A stretch of DNA of 64,000 nucleotides from Zygnema circumcarinatum SAG 698-1b (taxonomy: Eukaryota; Plantae; Zygnematophyceae). The notes beneath the pieces were generated by a model. It worked only from the letters and a program-made list of their open reading frames with translations. It was not told the origin of the DNA and did no database searches. Position numbers and translations under genes: made by a program. Location: contig CM074810.1 of the NCBI GenBank assembly GCA_037447605.1, positions 2,390,880 through 2,454,879 on the forward strand, in the 5' to 3' direction. Each line of letters begins with the position of its first letter. Positions within the stretch are counted from its first letter, which is position 1. Below are positions 60,201 to 64,000 of this stretch, piece after piece.

Positions 60201-61387
60201 CAGCCCGTCAGCGCTATTGTCGATAGCTCTCAGTAGATCTGTTTCAAAAAACGAGTATTCCGCAGACTGCATTTAGGTGCACAAAAGTACTCCATCTAGA
60301 AACTACATGTAATAAATCGGCAGTTTTACTGGTGGTAGAACTGCCAGTCCATTTTTCCCACATGGACATGCCCTGCTGGCAGGCCGGTGAGCGCCGTTGT
60401 AGAGTCCGCTAAAAAATTCGGAGAAAAATTGGACGAACCAAAACTGTACGAAAAAATTAGATGTTACCATGTCGACCACTCATAATCCGCCACCTGTAAC
60501 TTTGACGGCCAGACTCGAACCGAGAGGGACGGCGGGCCACAAACCGGCTGCCGATAGAATCTGCCGGCCGGTAGACCGGGCGGGGAACTTTGTCGTATAC
60601 GTCGCATCATGGACAACAACAACAACAACATGGGAAACCACGAGCAAATCTCGATCCCGCACTCTAGGAAAGAACATGAAAACAGAACAAAGCGGAACGC
60701 AAAAATGATGCCATCATAAGGTCCCCATCGTCGAGGGTCACGAATGAAAATAATTTGAATCTCTTCCCATAAACAAAAACTACAATGTAGCGTCCATTGA
60801 AATAAATGCCTCCACTCCCACTAACCTCTATTCTAGAATGAAAAAAATAACCCATCACTTCAAGTTTACTTGTCAAAATCACCCTAAATCCTACAAAGAA
60901 TAAATGGAACAAGAGGGGATCTAGAATTGTTGTTCGGGGGAGCCGACCAATGTTTTGAAAAAAAAAAAGAATCTGAAATTTGAGTGTACTTTTTACTATT
61001 CAACCTTCAATGGTGATCAGTGGCTAAAAGCCTTTCAAAATCTGAGGGGGGCTAAGCTCCCCCTAAGGGGAACCAAACCCTAAAAACCCTGAGGGGAACC
61101 AAATAATAATAGGCCAATAATGAACCTGATTTTCCTCAACATATGCACATGTCCTTTTCAGTCCTTTAACTTAGTTTTTTAGCCAAAAAAACTCCCCTTT
61201 AGGAGCTCTCATCTCCTCCAAAGGCTCACATTCGGACCGATCCATTGTCCAAGCATGAGAGCCCTGCACAAAAACCCCAACAATGTTATATGTTGACAAT
61301 GAGTACATAAAGAAAGAAAAAAAAAAAAAAGAATTTACCTCTTTTAGGGTTTTTAGGGTTCAGGCTTATCAAGCATGTCAACGTAAC

Positions 61388-63093
61388 TCAATTCTTGAAG
61401 CCTCCAGATTTCCTACAAGCGACCTCTATTCGATGAGCTATATTCACATTTTCAGCAAAAATGCTTCGGAAACTGATGCCTTCCAATGACTCCTCACCTG
61501 TCACGCGTGCTGAGACCGCATTGGCGTTCAAAAGTTTATTGACATACTTTAATCTGACACTTTTAAACCAAAAACCCTAAAAACGAGATCAACTAACTTT
61601 CACATGTCCGTACAATGCGCCCTCTCACCTGTTACCCGCGAGGAGACCGCATTCGAGTTCGCTATTTTGTTCACAGCGGAAGATTTGAGGGTGCAGGTTT
61701 TGGCCTGCGGCCCGCTGTTGGCGTATGAGAAGGCGGCGCAGCCGGCGGTCCCTTGGCAGGAGGCGCAGCAGGCGGCCTTTGAAGGGACGGTGGAGATCGA
61801 CTTCATATCAAACCCGCTGTACTTGTAGCCGTCCACGAATGTGCAGGCTCCTGTTCACAAGTACAAAACATAGGGCAAGTCAAAACAAAGGAAAAATGGT
61901 TGGTGGATAGGTTACAAGGCACAAAGGTCGTTCCCATCAACGGCACCACATTCCACTTCAGCCTCTCTCGGTCTCTCTCTCTCGGTCTCTCTCTCTCTCG
62001 CTCTCGCTCTCTCACGCTTAGAGTCGTGTTCTCTCTCACCTGCGGTAACAGTCCCGGAGGACAGGTTGGGGCTGAGAATGCTGTTGTTGAAGGCGTATTT
62101 GAGAGCGCATTTTTTGTTGTTCTGAAAGTATGTGAAGGCCGCGCACTTTAGGGTTGTGCTGCACAAATTGCAGCAGCTCTCCTTGTTGGGAATATCGGTT
62201 TCTATGGAGCTCGTAAACAGAGGGTACTCGATCCCAACCTCAAAGTTACACCTGCCTGCCGTAGCTCACCCCACCACAGCCACGATCAGTTAGTCGCCGG
62301 CACATTGTATGGCCAATTCGATCAGAACAAGGTCGCTTCAATCAAGGGTACATTATAGCAGTTAAATCCAACAGCTGCATGATTAAACATGCACTCCCTC
62401 TCCCTCTCCCTCTCCCTCTTCCTCTCCCTCTCCTTCTCCCCTCCCTCTCCCTCTCCCTCTCCCTCTCCCTCTCCCTCTCCCTCTCCCTCTCCCTCTCCCT
62501 CTCCCTGCTGATTTTTTTTTTTAAATGATTGCTCTGGTGGGGTCCCTCCCAATGCCCACCTGTAGCGATCCCCGAGACGGCGGTGGTGTCGGCGGCGACG
62601 GTCCAACTGTTCAAGGAGTAGAGCACGCACTTGTTGGCGTTGGCTCCGTTGACATAGAACGTGAAGGCGTTACAGTTAGGGTTTGCGCGGCACTCGAAGC
62701 AGCACACGTCCTGGCTCGCTATGGCGGTCAACGTGGTCAACGCAGCCCCGTCGTACCGCGTTCCATTCTGCATGGTGCAGCCTATTTTTATGACCCGCAA
62801 AAAAATGAAAAGGCATGGATAGTGTTAGAATCGTTTAGAAACCTATTAGGTTAATTTCATGATAAAAAGTGTGAAAAAGCCAATTCTAAGTAGGTATAAG
62901 TCATGTCCGGCGACCGATTCTCAAAACAAAGAGTAAAGTTGATTATGTTTGATTTTTTCGCTTCATATCAGAAAATAAGAGGTCAGGAGGGGAGGGCGTA
63001 AGGGCGTCAGTGTATGTACTCACCGAAGGCTACCACGCTCTGTAGGAGGATAGCCAGCACGGCAGCCATGGCTGCGCGAGTGGAGAAATCCAT
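61388..63093 (-). CDS. secreted protein with three PAN/Apple-like domains (paralogue of 54096-57209)
   Basis: Signal exon 63093-63024 (MDFSTRAAMAAVLAILLQSVVAFG), then three phase-1 exons: GCTMQNG..VCCFEC..CNAFTFYVNGANANKCVL; CNFEVG..NKESCCNLC..CAAFTY..CALK; CTFVDGY..ACCASC..CAAFSY..CTLK. 3' end tentative (61600 if the last intron is not used). Confidence 0.85.
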
Positions 63094-64000
63094 GGCGGGT
63101 AAAAGGGTCACACGAGGTGAAAGAGAGCAGGAGGTCTAGTGGGAGCAGAAACGAGAGAGAGAAATAGAGAGAGGCACGGAGAAGGAGAGGAGAGGGAGAG
63201 AGAGAGGGGGGAGGAAGATAGAGAGAGGGAGAGCGAGAGAGAGAGAGAGAGGGAAAGATAGCGAGGAGGCAAGTTCCTCTTTTTCGAAGGGGCGGAGGAG
63301 TACAAGTCCGATGCCAAAGGATGGGTCGGCGGCGACTTTAAATAGGCGCGCCGCCCCGCGGCCTCCGCCGGCTGGTGCTCGCACGTGTGACGGTCGACGG
63401 CCATTCGGCAGGGGTCAACGGGAGGCGGGAGGCGGCCGGTCGACACGTGGATCTCCGGACAAGTGGGCGTTTCAGTCCAAATATGTACAAATAGGTACGG
63501 TCCGTACCGTATTTGGAGGCCACCATTAGTCAACAAACCAATGGCGAGGGGCCACGTGCGCACAATTCGCTTACGTGTCGACTCGTCATTGGTTTGGTAC
63601 GGCCGTCGTTCGCCAAACGGAGGGCGGCCCTTGGAGCCGCCCGGGGATCCTCGCCGGCCGGCGAAAAGTTGCCGGTCGGCGAAAGCCGGCGGCCGCTGGC
63701 GACGGTCAACGCGGCGGCAGACAACCGTCAGTTGGGGGCTGTACGGCCTACCGACCGGTAGCCAAACCGTCATCGAGAAAGACAATGAAGAACCGACAAA
63801 TATTTTCCAACGGCCGGACGGGTAGTTGGAACTCTATGGAGGGTTTTTCCATTTGCGGGTAACTAACCACCCACTCTTTGCTCGCCACGTGGCATTTTTG
63901 CAACGTGGCTATCTCTGAGTGGTCGATAGACACTAAACCCTAGCTCTGCTCGGCAACCATCGCAACTACCTTTTGTCGGGAATCGAACGACATTTCAACT

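Noticed and set aside
54096-63093. End-to-end chromosome fusion explaining the inverted PAN pair
   Set aside because: A fusion should leave TTAGGG facing CCCTAA; only one orientation is present.

Overview
Eukaryotic, intron-rich nuclear DNA from a green-lineage organism. Plant-like genes, very short exons and CT/GA-microsatellite-filled introns suggest a streptophyte alga (inference). The scaffold has six 10-N gaps. Left to right: the 3' end of a Ty1/copia element whose LTR sits inside a micro-exon of an F-box pseudogene; a spliced gene joining an ASI1-type BAH domain in frame to an At4g00755-type F-box protein; ALG12; an Mpv17/PMP22 gene head-to-head with a 3-hydroxyisobutyrate dehydrogenase-like gene; shugoshin; an aspartate/glutamate-carrier-type mitochondrial carrier with a long N-terminal extension; a PDE338-like plastid S1-domain RNA-binding protein; and two convergent paralogues encoding secreted triple PAN/Apple-domain proteins. 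Between these last two lies a 1.6-kb TTAGGG array bounded by an identical 226-bp direct repeat. The most notable observations are the BAH-F-box fusion, the duplicated-flank telomeric array, and a strongly recurrent CCAAT-N9-CCACG (ERSE-like) motif, three copies of which abut 3' splice sites. Exon structures were reconstructed by eye from splice signals and recalled family motifs. No database searches were run. Most long ORFs in the supplied track are microsatellite artefacts.
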